From contig CANPZE010000009.1 of NCBI GenBank assembly GCA_947589315.1, positions 3,043 to 67,042 of the forward strand: a DNA stretch of 64,000 bases. The letters are read 5' to 3'. Source of the DNA: an uncultured Lachnospiraceae bacterium (GTDB lineage Bacteria > Bacillota > Clostridia > Lachnospirales > Lachnospiraceae). Shown piece after piece: positions 1 through 8,270 of this stretch. Position 1 is the stretch's first letter. The number at the start of each line of letters is the position of its first letter. Under the pieces are notes generated by a model. That model had not been told where the DNA came from. It searched no databases and was given only the letters and a program-made list of their open reading frames with translations. The translations under genes and the position numbers were made by a program.

Positions 1-2
1 TG

Positions 3-1769
3 TATGATAATCATCTGAATGCCGGGAAACGGGCGGACCTGTATGCGTATATTATTCGCTGCTGTTCTCCGGAAGAGGAGATTTATCAAGAGTATCGTCC
101 GGTAATAGAGAAGTTTACGTTTCGCCAATTGCAGGAGGGACGGATCAGCCCGGCGCTGTCTGTACTGTACCATCAGTTCCTGAATGAAGAAAAGCTTACT
201 CCGGAGCTTGCCCGCCGGCTGCCGGCGGTATTGTTCAGCTATGAGATTACCTGTTATCATTCTGATATTGTGGGAATTTACGTCCACTACCGGGAATTGG
301 AGCAGGAAGAGTTCGTTCCGCTGATCCAGGGCAAGGCGGTGGTGTCTATCTTTACCCAGGCTCAGCTTTTCCTGGCAGACAGGAAGGGCAACCGCTATGT
401 TACCAGTATTGATTATACCTCCCGGAAGCTGCTTCAAATGGATTATCTGGCGGAAAGATGTATGGAGTATGCGCCGGAAGATTATCGCCTTCTCCTTCAT
501 CTGTACCAGAAAGCGGAAGGGATGGATCAAAGCGGGGAATATGTTGCGCAATTACAGGAGAGGGTTCTGGAAATTCCCAATCTGAGCCTCCGTTATCGGC
601 GCAGGGTCTTTGCCTCCCGCCTGCGCTCCTGTTATGATAATTTTGAAGGGGAACTGCTGGACCGTCTGCTGGAGAATATGGACTGGTCCCAGGTGGAGCC
701 GGAGGACAGGAATCAGATACTGGAGTATTGCGCGGTCCGCCACTGTGATGATAAGGCCATGGAAGGGATTCTGGAGTATGGCTATGGGAAGCTTCCGGCC
801 CAGCGTCTCTTACAGGTCGCAGGGAAGACCTTCCGCAATGCCAGGGAGGATATCCAGCTGGTGAAGCTGGCATGGCATATTTTTGACCATGGCAAGTTTG
901 ACGAGAATCTTTTGCGGTATCTGTGCCGCTATTATGTAGGGAGTGTACATAAAATGGTACAGATATGGAAAGCGGCCGATGGTTTTGAAATCCCTATGGC
1001 GGATTTCCAGGAACGGATCCTGGCGCAGACGGTATTTACGGAGGAATGGGAGGATGAGGTCTGCCCTGTGTTTTACGGCTATGCGGAAAATGGCAGGAAT
1101 AAAAGGCTGATCCGGGCCTTCCTTAAGTTTGCGGCTTATCAGTACCTGGTAAGGCAGAGAGCGATGCCGGAAGAAATGTTTGGATATTTTATCCGGAGGT
1201 CGCGGGAGGAAGAAAATCTTCCCTGCCTTGTAGCGGCGCTAAAGTATCTTAGCAGCAGGGAACGGAGCCGGGAGGAGACGGAATTTGTCTCTGATCATCT
1301 TCCCCGGTTACTGGAACGCAGGATGGTGTTTGGCTTTTATAAGCAGTTTGGCGAAGTCCCGGCGGCGAAACCATTCCAGGACCAGCAATTTATTGAATAT
1401 ATAGCGTCTCCGGACTGTCAGGTTCAGCTGCGCTGGCGGATTAAAAGCCGGGAGGAGACTGGCGCATGGCAGATTCAGGGGATGACGGATATGTTTGAGG
1501 GGATCCGGGTCAGTGGATTTGTGCTGTTTCAGGATGAGGTACTGGAATATTCTGTTATAGAGACAGATCCCCGGGGAGAACAAAAGGAGACCCAGCTGTC
1601 TGAGCTGTCTTTTGTGCCTTCCGGAGAATCGGGCAGCAGCCGGTACAGACTTTTGAACCAGATGCTGTCGGCCCGAGAGCAGAAGGAAGAGGAACGGCTT
1701 CTGGATCATATGAGGGAGTATGCGGAGAAAAAGGAATTTATCAGCAGGATGATAAAGCCTTTGTCATAA
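3..1769 (+). CDS. C-terminal 588 codons of a large uncharacterized, mostly helical protein; the 5' end lies outside the window
   Basis: Frame 3 is open from the window edge, with no stop between nt 3 and the listed ORF start at 129, down to the stop at 1767-1769. The next gene starts 12 nt downstream. No catalytic motif recognised. Confidence 0.7.
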   Translation, partial: YDNHLNAGKRADLYAYIIRCCSPEEEIYQEYRPVIEKFTFRQLQEGRISPALSVLYHQFLNEEKLTPELARRLPAVLFSYEITCYHSDIVGIYVHYRELEQEEFVPLIQGKAVVSIFTQAQLFLADRKGNRYVTSIDYTSRKLLQMDYLAERCMEYAPEDYRLLLHLYQKAEGMDQSGEYVAQLQERVLEIPNLSLRYRRRVFASRLRSCYDNFEGELLDRLLENMDWSQVEPEDRNQILEYCAVRHCDDKAMEGILEYGYGKLPAQRLLQVAGKTFRNAREDIQLVKLAWHIFDHGKFDENLLRYLCRYYVGSVHKMVQIWKAADGFEIPMADFQERILAQTVFTEEWEDEVCPVFYGYAENGRNKRLIRAFLKFAAYQYLVRQRAMPEEMFGYFIRRSREEENLPCLVAALKYLSSRERSREETEFVSDHLPRLLERRMVFGFYKQFGEVPAAKPFQDQQFIEYIASPDCQVQLRWRIKSREETGAWQIQGMTDMFEGIRVSGFVLFQDEVLEYSVIETDPRGEQKETQLSELSFVPSGESGSSRYRLLNQMLSAREQKEEERLLDHMREYAEKKEFISRMIKPLS

Positions 1770-1781
1770 AGGGGAGGCAGA

Positions 1782-3044
1782 ATGAAGGAAGATAAAACTT
1801 TATTGGCGGGCCTGGATTTGGCAAACGACAGGATTCAGTTATCCTGCTTTGACTGGGAAAAGGGGGAACCGGTTCCCCTGGGCAGGCTTCTGGACGGGGA
1901 GCGGGAATATGAAGTCCCGGCTGTGCTGGCGTGGAACAGCAGACGCCGGGAATGGTTCTTTGGGATCCAGGCCCGGCAGCAGGCAGAGCTGGGAAATGCT
2001 GTCCTGCTCCAGGATATCGTGAAGAAAGCGGCTTTGGGCCAGGAATATATATGCCAGGGAGTGGAATTCTCCGGAGAGGAGCTTTTATTCCGTCTGTTGG
2101 TGAAGGTACTGGCCTGCCTCAGGGAATATTATCCCAATGAACGGATCCGCAAGCTGGTCATATCTGTGGAGGAGCGGACTCCCTCCCTGCTGGAGGTCCT
2201 GGGAAAGGTGATGGGGCGTCTGGGGATTGAAGAAGATCGTTATATCATCCAGTCTCATAAGCAAAGTTATATCTATTATGCATTAAGCCAGAAACGGGAA
2301 CTGTGGATGAACAATGTGGGCCTGTTTGAATACGGAAGGGAGGGGCTGTTCTATTCCCAGATTACTATTGACAAACGGACTTTGCCTTATATTGTGGGCG
2401 TGAGCCGGAAGGATCTGACGTCTTTGATGGATTGGGATATGTTGGAGGAGGAGAAGAACCTCGAATCTACTTTTTCTAATATTGCCAGAAACCAGCTTCA
2501 CAAGCAGATGGTCACAACGGTATATATTACCGGCGAGGGCTTTGAACGGCCCTGGGCGCGGGAGGCCCTCCGCCGGCTTTGTTCCGGGCGGAGGGTGTTC
2601 CGGGGGAATAATCTGTTTACCCGGGGGGCCTGCTATGCTGCCCGGGAATTGGCTGGGCAGGGACAGATGGAGGAAGCTATCTTCCTGGATGAAGAAATGG
2701 TGAGCAGTACGGTTTCTATGAAGGTATACCGGGATGCCCAGGTGCAGGATATCATTATTGCCAAAGCAGGGACGCCCTGGCGGGAGATTGATGTAAGCCT
2801 GGATATTATTCCGGACCAGGAGGAGGAGATACAGATCACCACACAGAATGTCCTGCGGCGGGAGACAAAGGAGCATCTTCTGTCACTGGAGGCCTTTGCG
2901 GGAAGGCCCAATAAGATGACCAGGTTTACTGTGCGTTTTCGTTTTGCAGACGGAGACACTTGCATTGTCACGCTGAAGGATAACGGGTTTGGAGAATTTT
3001 GCCCTTCCAGCAACAGGATCTGGGAGCGTTCTATTCACTTGTAG
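1782..3044 (+). CDS. uncharacterized protein, possibly a degenerate actin/Hsp70-like (ASKHA) fold
   Basis: 420-aa ORF with GGGGAGG just upstream of the ATG. The N-terminus LAGLDLANDRIQLS resembles the phosphate-1 loop of Hsp70/actin ATPases. No confident family assignment. Confidence 0.7.
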   Translation: MKEDKTLLAGLDLANDRIQLSCFDWEKGEPVPLGRLLDGEREYEVPAVLAWNSRRREWFFGIQARQQAELGNAVLLQDIVKKAALGQEYICQGVEFSGEELLFRLLVKVLACLREYYPNERIRKLVISVEERTPSLLEVLGKVMGRLGIEEDRYIIQSHKQSYIYYALSQKRELWMNNVGLFEYGREGLFYSQITIDKRTLPYIVGVSRKDLTSLMDWDMLEEEKNLESTFSNIARNQLHKQMVTTVYITGEGFERPWAREALRRLCSGRRVFRGNNLFTRGACYAARELAGQGQMEEAIFLDEEMVSSTVSMKVYRDAQVQDIIIAKAGTPWREIDVSLDIIPDQEEEIQITTQNVLRRETKEHLLSLEAFAGRPNKMTRFTVRFRFADGDTCIVTLKDNGFGEFCPSSNRIWERSIHL

Positions 3045-3059
3045 AGAGGAGAGGGAGTA

Positions 3060-3899
3060 ATGGGGAAGCTGATTCAGTGCGCAGGGCCAATTGCCCGCCG
3101 CCCATATTGTTTTCCTGTGACCGGGATCAATGTCTATTCCATTGAAGAAGTTTGTTATTACATCCGTAATAATATCTATATGATGCAGGAGGAAGTCTTT
3201 GACCGGGATTTTGTACTTTGGCTCCAACAAGAGCTGGGCATGAAAGAGACTGCTGACAAATTAGAAAGTATGCGGAGGGATAATAATAATCTTAAGGATA
3301 TTGTGGTCACCCTATGCTGCAGCTGCGACTATTTTACGGAAGCCCAGATCCAGGAGCTGATCCAGATCATGGATGCCACCCGGGAGCAGCCGGTATGGGG
3401 GAGGAGGAAGATCCGGGCAGATTCTTTCTTCCGTTCCGGCAATACGGAACGGGCCAGGCAGGAATATGAGAGTATCCTTCAGAGCGATGATATATTGCAG
3501 GCAGATATGGAGGAATGCGCCCAGGTATACCACAGCCTGGGGCTTGCCTGCTGTCAGCTGGGACAGTTCCGCCAGGCTGCCCAGGCTTTTTGCCGGGCTT
3601 ATGAACAGAACCGCCGCGCGGAATCTCTTCAGGGATATCTCTACTCTCTCCGGCTGGGAGGGCTGGAGGAGGAATACCGTACTGCGGCAAGGGAGCTGGA
3701 ATTGTCGGAGGATCAGATCGCCTTTCTGGATACTCAGTATAGGGAAGGGATGGAAGAATGCCGCTCGGCAAAGGAATGCCGTCAGGTGGCAAGGCTGGGC
3801 AAGATGGCCGAGGAGGGCAGAATGGAGGAATATTGTTCCAGAAGCAGGGAACTGCTCCGAAGGTGGAAGAAGGAATACCGGCAGGAAATGGGGCTGTAG
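3060..3899 (+). CDS. uncharacterized helical-repeat (TPR-like) protein
   Basis: 279-aa ORF 15 nt after the previous stop, with GAGGAGAGGGAG upstream. TPR-like helix pairs are visible (YHSLGLACCQLGQFRQAAQAFCRAYEQN). Confidence 0.7.
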   Translation: MGKLIQCAGPIARRPYCFPVTGINVYSIEEVCYYIRNNIYMMQEEVFDRDFVLWLQQELGMKETADKLESMRRDNNNLKDIVVTLCCSCDYFTEAQIQELIQIMDATREQPVWGRRKIRADSFFRSGNTERARQEYESILQSDDILQADMEECAQVYHSLGLACCQLGQFRQAAQAFCRAYEQNRRAESLQGYLYSLRLGGLEEEYRTAARELELSEDQIAFLDTQYREGMEECRSAKECRQVARLGKMAEEGRMEEYCSRSRELLRRWKKEYRQEMGL

Positions 3900-3929
3900 C
3901 CGGGATGGATGAGAAGGAACAGACAATGA

Positions 3930-5168
3930 ATGGAGCAACAGAAAGGGTGCAACAGAAAGGGTAGAGCGAAGATGGCGTTATGGGACAGATTTCGGAAAAG
4001 GGATGAACAGCAGCCGGATCAGGCACCAGAAGGACAGGAGACTTCTGCTGTGGAATTGGCGCAGGAACTGGAGCAGGAGGAGGTAAAGCCCCTGTATAAA
4101 GAGGACAAGAAACGCTTTGTCCAGGAATGCTGTGAGTCTATCGGGGAAAATGAGAAGCAGATCCAGATTGCCAGAAAGGAATATGAGCAGGTCACCGAAT
4201 ATCTGACAGATATCCAGAAGATTGACAGGATTGAGGGGGAGGATCAGACTCTGCTGCAGGATACTGCCCAAAAGCTGCAGGTCCTGATGAAGGAACGGAG
4301 CCTGTACAAGAATCGGAACCTTACGATCAGCGAGGCGCAGATCCGCCGCTTTGACCGATATGAGGAAGAGCTGGTGGATGAGATTAAGAAAATGTATCAG
4401 ATCCAGACCCACCAGAAGGCAGTAGTCAGCGATATGAAGCATCTGGAAGAGGAGAAGGCCCGGCTGTATGGGGACCGGAAGGAGATTGTGGAGAAGCAGG
4501 ATGCGTTAAAGGGCATGGCGAAGATTCTCTGTGCGCTGATCTTTTCTATGGTGCTCCTCTTTGTGGCTTTGTACTATGCCTTGTCTGTGGATATGACGCT
4601 GCCCTACCTGGCTACCTTGTTGCTGGCGGCGATCTCAGCCACGGTGATTTTTTTGGAGGCCAATAAGAACCGCCGGGATATGGTGATGACGGAACGTAAG
4701 CTTACCAAAGCCATCACATTGCTGAATCGGGTAAAGATTAAATATGTCAACAATTCTTCTCTGCTGGAGTATGACAGGGAGAAGTACGGGGTAAAGGACG
4801 CTGCAGATTTTGAGGAAATTTGGACGGAGTACCGCCGGGCTAAGGAATATGAAAGGAAGTTCCGGGAAAATACGGAACAGATGCATCGCTGCAATGAGGA
4901 TCTGACCGAGCTGCTGAAGAAGCATGAGGTGGCTGATCCGGAGATCTGGCTGAGCCAGACCCTGGGACTGCTGGATAAGCGGGAAATGGTGGAGATCCGC
5001 CATGAACTGAATCAGCGCAGGCAAAAGCTCAGAGAACGCATAGCATATAATACAGATTTGAAACAATCGCTGCTGGCGCAGGTGGACGGGCTGATACAGG
5101 AGAATCCGGGGATGCGGGAGGAATTGCTGGAGATTGTACAAAAGTTTAAGCAGGCTCATGGAGAATAG
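3930..5168 (+). CDS. coiled-coil membrane protein with a central 2-TM hairpin; the alternative start at ATG 3972 is probably the real one
   Basis: Long heptad-rich E/K/Q segments flank two hydrophobic helices (ILCALIFSMVLLFVALYYAL, LPYLATLLLAAISATVIFL). The extension from 3930 exists only because of a 14-bp tandem duplication at 3935-3962. Confidence 0.75.
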   Translation: MEQQKGCNRKGRAKMALWDRFRKRDEQQPDQAPEGQETSAVELAQELEQEEVKPLYKEDKKRFVQECCESIGENEKQIQIARKEYEQVTEYLTDIQKIDRIEGEDQTLLQDTAQKLQVLMKERSLYKNRNLTISEAQIRRFDRYEEELVDEIKKMYQIQTHQKAVVSDMKHLEEEKARLYGDRKEIVEKQDALKGMAKILCALIFSMVLLFVALYYALSVDMTLPYLATLLLAAISATVIFLEANKNRRDMVMTERKLTKAITLLNRVKIKYVNNSSLLEYDREKYGVKDAADFEEIWTEYRRAKEYERKFRENTEQMHRCNEDLTELLKKHEVADPEIWLSQTLGLLDKREMVEIRHELNQRRQKLRERIAYNTDLKQSLLAQVDGLIQENPGMREELLEIVQKFKQAHGE

Positions 5169-5222
5169 ATATAAAATGGGCATACTGATAAAATTTTAAT
5201 AGGCAAAGTAGGTGACAGATTT

Positions 5223-7613
5223 ATGGATGATCGGGAACAGAAGCAGGTATCACATCTTATAGTATTATTTTTCTATACAATTTTTATGATAATATTGACT
5301 GTGGAAACATTTCTCTTAGGATGGGAGAAGGGTTTTCTCATCCGGCTTCTGGTTGGGCTTGTGATAGCGTGGGGAGTCCACATTGCCGGAAAAGTATCGG
5401 ACAGTTTTGAAAAGTGGCTGTGCTTTATTATGATCATGCTGGCATTCTTTTTCTATGCCATTCATGAGACCAGCTTCTATGATCTTGCTCCATTGATGAT
5501 CGTGATCATGCTTATCTATTTTGTCGCCGGAATATATAGCATGGTCAATCTGTGCATGGTCATTTATTATGCAGTTATGATCTATGATATGGTATTTTTG
5601 TTTGGCAATTCTATGGAGTATACTCTCCTTTCTGTATCCCGGATCTTCCTTCATTTCCTATTTGTTTTTGTAACAGGGCGCATCGCTGCTATGGTAGTGG
5701 AAAAGCGCGGCAGAGAAATGGTAAATATGAAAGAGAGAATCACCGCATTGGAAGAGACTAACCGGCGGACGGAAGATTTTCTGACGAATGTATCCCATGA
5801 ACTCCGCACTCCGATCAATGTGGTGACAGGCCTTACTATGGTCCTCCTTAAAAATGAGGAAAGCCAGCATAAGCGGGAGAATATTATTTCTGTACAGAAA
5901 GCTGGACACAGACTGTTCCGGCAGATCGAGGATATCCTGGATTATACGGAAATCGATACAGGAAGGCTTACTGTCGTGGAAGACTCTTATATGCTTTTCG
6001 ATATGGTCAATGATATTATTGGAGAGGATCAGCTGTATGACAATGACAAGGGCCTGGAGGTCATTTTTGATGTGGACCCTGCCATACCGTCCATACTTAT
6101 TGGGGATGAAAAAAAGATCAAAAAAATTATAAAGCATTTGCTGGATAATGCCATTAAATTTACAGACCAGGGAGGCGTTCATGTCAAAATCTACGCCTTG
6201 CGCAAGCCTTATGGGATCAATCTGTGCATTAAGGTGACTGACACGGGGATCGGAATGGATGAGGAAAGCCTGGGGAGGATCAAGGAGAAGTTTTATCAAT
6301 CCAGCGGAGGAAGGGACCGGAAGACCGGAGGCCTGGGGCTGGGGATTCCGATCGTATACGGCATGGCGGCTGCGATGGAAGGTTTTGTCCAGGTGGAGAG
6401 TAAGCAGGGCGGCGGCACTACTGTATCGGCGAGCATTCCCCAGAGAGTGGAGGACGATACCCCCGGCATAGCCGTAGAAAATTCTAAAAAACTATGTCTT
6501 GCCTGTTATCTGGAACCGGAGAAGTACCAGGTTTCAGAGGTGAGAAAATTTTATGATGAGGCGATTTCCCATATTGCTTATGGATTGGATGTTGCCGTTC
6601 ACCGGGTCTATGATATGGATGGACTGGAAAGGCTGATCTCTATGAGGCGGTTGACCCATCTGTTTATAGGCGCCGAAGAGTACACGGAGGCTTCTTCTTA
6701 TTTTGAAAAGCTGGCGGAACGGATGCAGGTGATTGTGGTGGCGCGATCAGATTTTGCCCTGCCCGGGGACAGCAGGGTGGAAATTCTTTCCAAACCATTT
6801 TATTGTTTGCCGATAGCTAATGTGCTGAATGCCGTCTCTTCCCAGGATTCCAAGGAGTGGCAGGGCAAGCGGATGATCTGCCCGGGCGTCAGCGTACTTG
6901 TGGTAGACGATGAACCGATGAATCGGATGGTGGCAGAGGGAATCTTCAAGGATTACCAGATGAACGTGAAAACAGCCGGGAGCGGCAAGGAGGCTATTGA
7001 AATCTGTGGGAAGGAAGATTTTGACTTAATCTTTATCGACCACATGATGCCGGAAATGGATGGTGTGGAAACATTAAAACAGCTTCGCAGGCTTAAGGCG
7101 GAATCTTCCCATATGTTTACGGCCATTGCCTTTACGGCTAATGCCGTCAGCGGCGCAAGAGAAATGTTTTTCCGGGAGGGCTTTGATGAGTTTGTCTCCA
7201 AACCTGTTGAATATCCGGAATTGGAGAGAGTCTTGCGAAAGGTGCTTTCCAAACTGCAGATCCAGTTTGTAGAGGAGCAAAAGATACGGCAGGAGGCCGG
7301 GGCGGCCACGCCTTTACATGAGGCGGCGGATCAGAGCGGGCCGGGGCAGGAGGAAGAGACGGATGGCCAAGAGGATGAGGATGCAATGGCCCAGCTGGGC
7401 AGGGCAGGCATCCATACCAGATCCGGCCTTATCTATTGCAGAGGCGACAGGGAATTTTATATCCGCATGCTCACTACATTTGTAGAAGAGACGCAGCAGA
7501 AAATGGAAGAGATTGACGGGCTCTTTGAGAAGAGGGATTATAAGAATTATCGCATTCAGGTTCATGGATTAAAAAGCACCTCGAAATTATTGGGGGGCGG
7601 ATTCCCTGTCTGA
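5223..7613 (+). CDS. hybrid sensor histidine kinase/response regulator whose frame ends inside its C-terminal Hpt domain
   Basis: Multi-TM N-terminus, H-box VSHELRTPIN, a HATPase G-boxes region (DTGIGM, GGLGLG), a receiver (VLVVDDEPMNR...DLIFIDHMMPEMDG) and the start of an Hpt domain (QVHGLKSTSKLLGG), followed by a premature TGA at 7611-7613. Confidence 0.85.
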   Translation: MDDREQKQVSHLIVLFFYTIFMIILTVETFLLGWEKGFLIRLLVGLVIAWGVHIAGKVSDSFEKWLCFIMIMLAFFFYAIHETSFYDLAPLMIVIMLIYFVAGIYSMVNLCMVIYYAVMIYDMVFLFGNSMEYTLLSVSRIFLHFLFVFVTGRIAAMVVEKRGREMVNMKERITALEETNRRTEDFLTNVSHELRTPINVVTGLTMVLLKNEESQHKRENIISVQKAGHRLFRQIEDILDYTEIDTGRLTVVEDSYMLFDMVNDIIGEDQLYDNDKGLEVIFDVDPAIPSILIGDEKKIKKIIKHLLDNAIKFTDQGGVHVKIYALRKPYGINLCIKVTDTGIGMDEESLGRIKEKFYQSSGGRDRKTGGLGLGIPIVYGMAAAMEGFVQVESKQGGGTTVSASIPQRVEDDTPGIAVENSKKLCLACYLEPEKYQVSEVRKFYDEAISHIAYGLDVAVHRVYDMDGLERLISMRRLTHLFIGAEEYTEASSYFEKLAERMQVIVVARSDFALPGDSRVEILSKPFYCLPIANVLNAVSSQDSKEWQGKRMICPGVSVLVVDDEPMNRMVAEGIFKDYQMNVKTAGSGKEAIEICGKEDFDLIFIDHMMPEMDGVETLKQLRRLKAESSHMFTAIAFTANAVSGAREMFFREGFDEFVSKPVEYPELERVLRKVLSKLQIQFVEEQKIRQEAGAATPLHEAADQSGPGQEEETDGQEDEDAMAQLGRAGIHTRSGLIYCRGDREFYIRMLTTFVEETQQKMEEIDGLFEKRDYKNYRIQVHGLKSTSKLLGGGFPV

Positions 7614-8019
7614 TCTGGCGAAGGATATAGAGGTTGCCGCCAAAGATGAGGATGAGGAGTATATCCGGGAACATCATAACCAGTTGATTGACCAATATAG
7701 AGATACAAGCCGGAAGATCCAGGAGGCTATTGTTGAAGAAACGGGCCGCCCTGTTCAGGCGGCAGTTGTCCAGGAGACAGCGATATCCCGGGAGGAGCTG
7801 CTTAACGAGTTACTGGAATTAAAGGATATCCTGGATATCTTTGAGGAAAACAGGGCGCAGAAAAAGATTGACAGCCTGTGCGGGAGCAGCTTCGAGGGCA
7901 GAAGCCTGGCAGATCTGCTGGGAGAGATCAGGCATGATGTGGATGAATTTGACTTTGAAACCGCCGCAGAAAAGGTATCGGCATTGATCCTGCGCGTGGA
8001 AGGAGGCGAGGTATCATGA
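7597..8019 (+). pseudogene. out-of-frame continuation of the Hpt domain and C-terminal tail of the preceding kinase
   Basis: The +1 frame reads ADSLSDLAKDIEVAAKDEDEEYIREHHNQLIDQY, which is the expected continuation of an Hpt helix after HGLKSxSxxxG. The track ORF 7684..8019 is its Met-started part. Confidence 0.7.
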
Positions 8020-8240
8020 AGTTAAAGAAACTGGCACAGGCAGTGGTAGGCGATTATAATCAGTCCCTGCAGGAGCGGCTCTTTCGCCTCATTACAACAG
8101 TGGGGCTTATCGGCCTGGCTTTAGGCGGCGTTGTGGGCTGCCTTTCCGGAGAAAGCATAGGAAACCAGATTGCTATTTTTGCGGCATTATTGATTTTTTT
8201 TGTTATTGTCTGCCTCACGATCCATTTCCACAAGATTTAG
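8016..8240 (+). CDS. N-terminal membrane segment of the downstream hybrid kinase, cut off by an in-frame TAG
   Basis: The ATG overlaps the upstream stop (ATGA at 8016-8019). Two hydrophobic helices are present. It is in the same frame as 8271..10688, with only the TAG at 8238-8240 between them. Confidence 0.6.
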   Translation: MKLKKLAQAVVGDYNQSLQERLFRLITTVGLIGLALGGVVGCLSGESIGNQIAIFAALLIFFVIVCLTIHFHKI

Positions 8241-8270
8241 CTGGGGGCGCTGGTCATATCGGCGATAGCC

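Noticed and set aside
8238-8240. The in-frame TAG as a pyrrolysine or recoded codon.
   Set aside because: The window has no pyl genes or other in-frame TAGs, and several genes here end in TAG as ordinary stops. A nonsense mutation or a base-call error is the more economical explanation.
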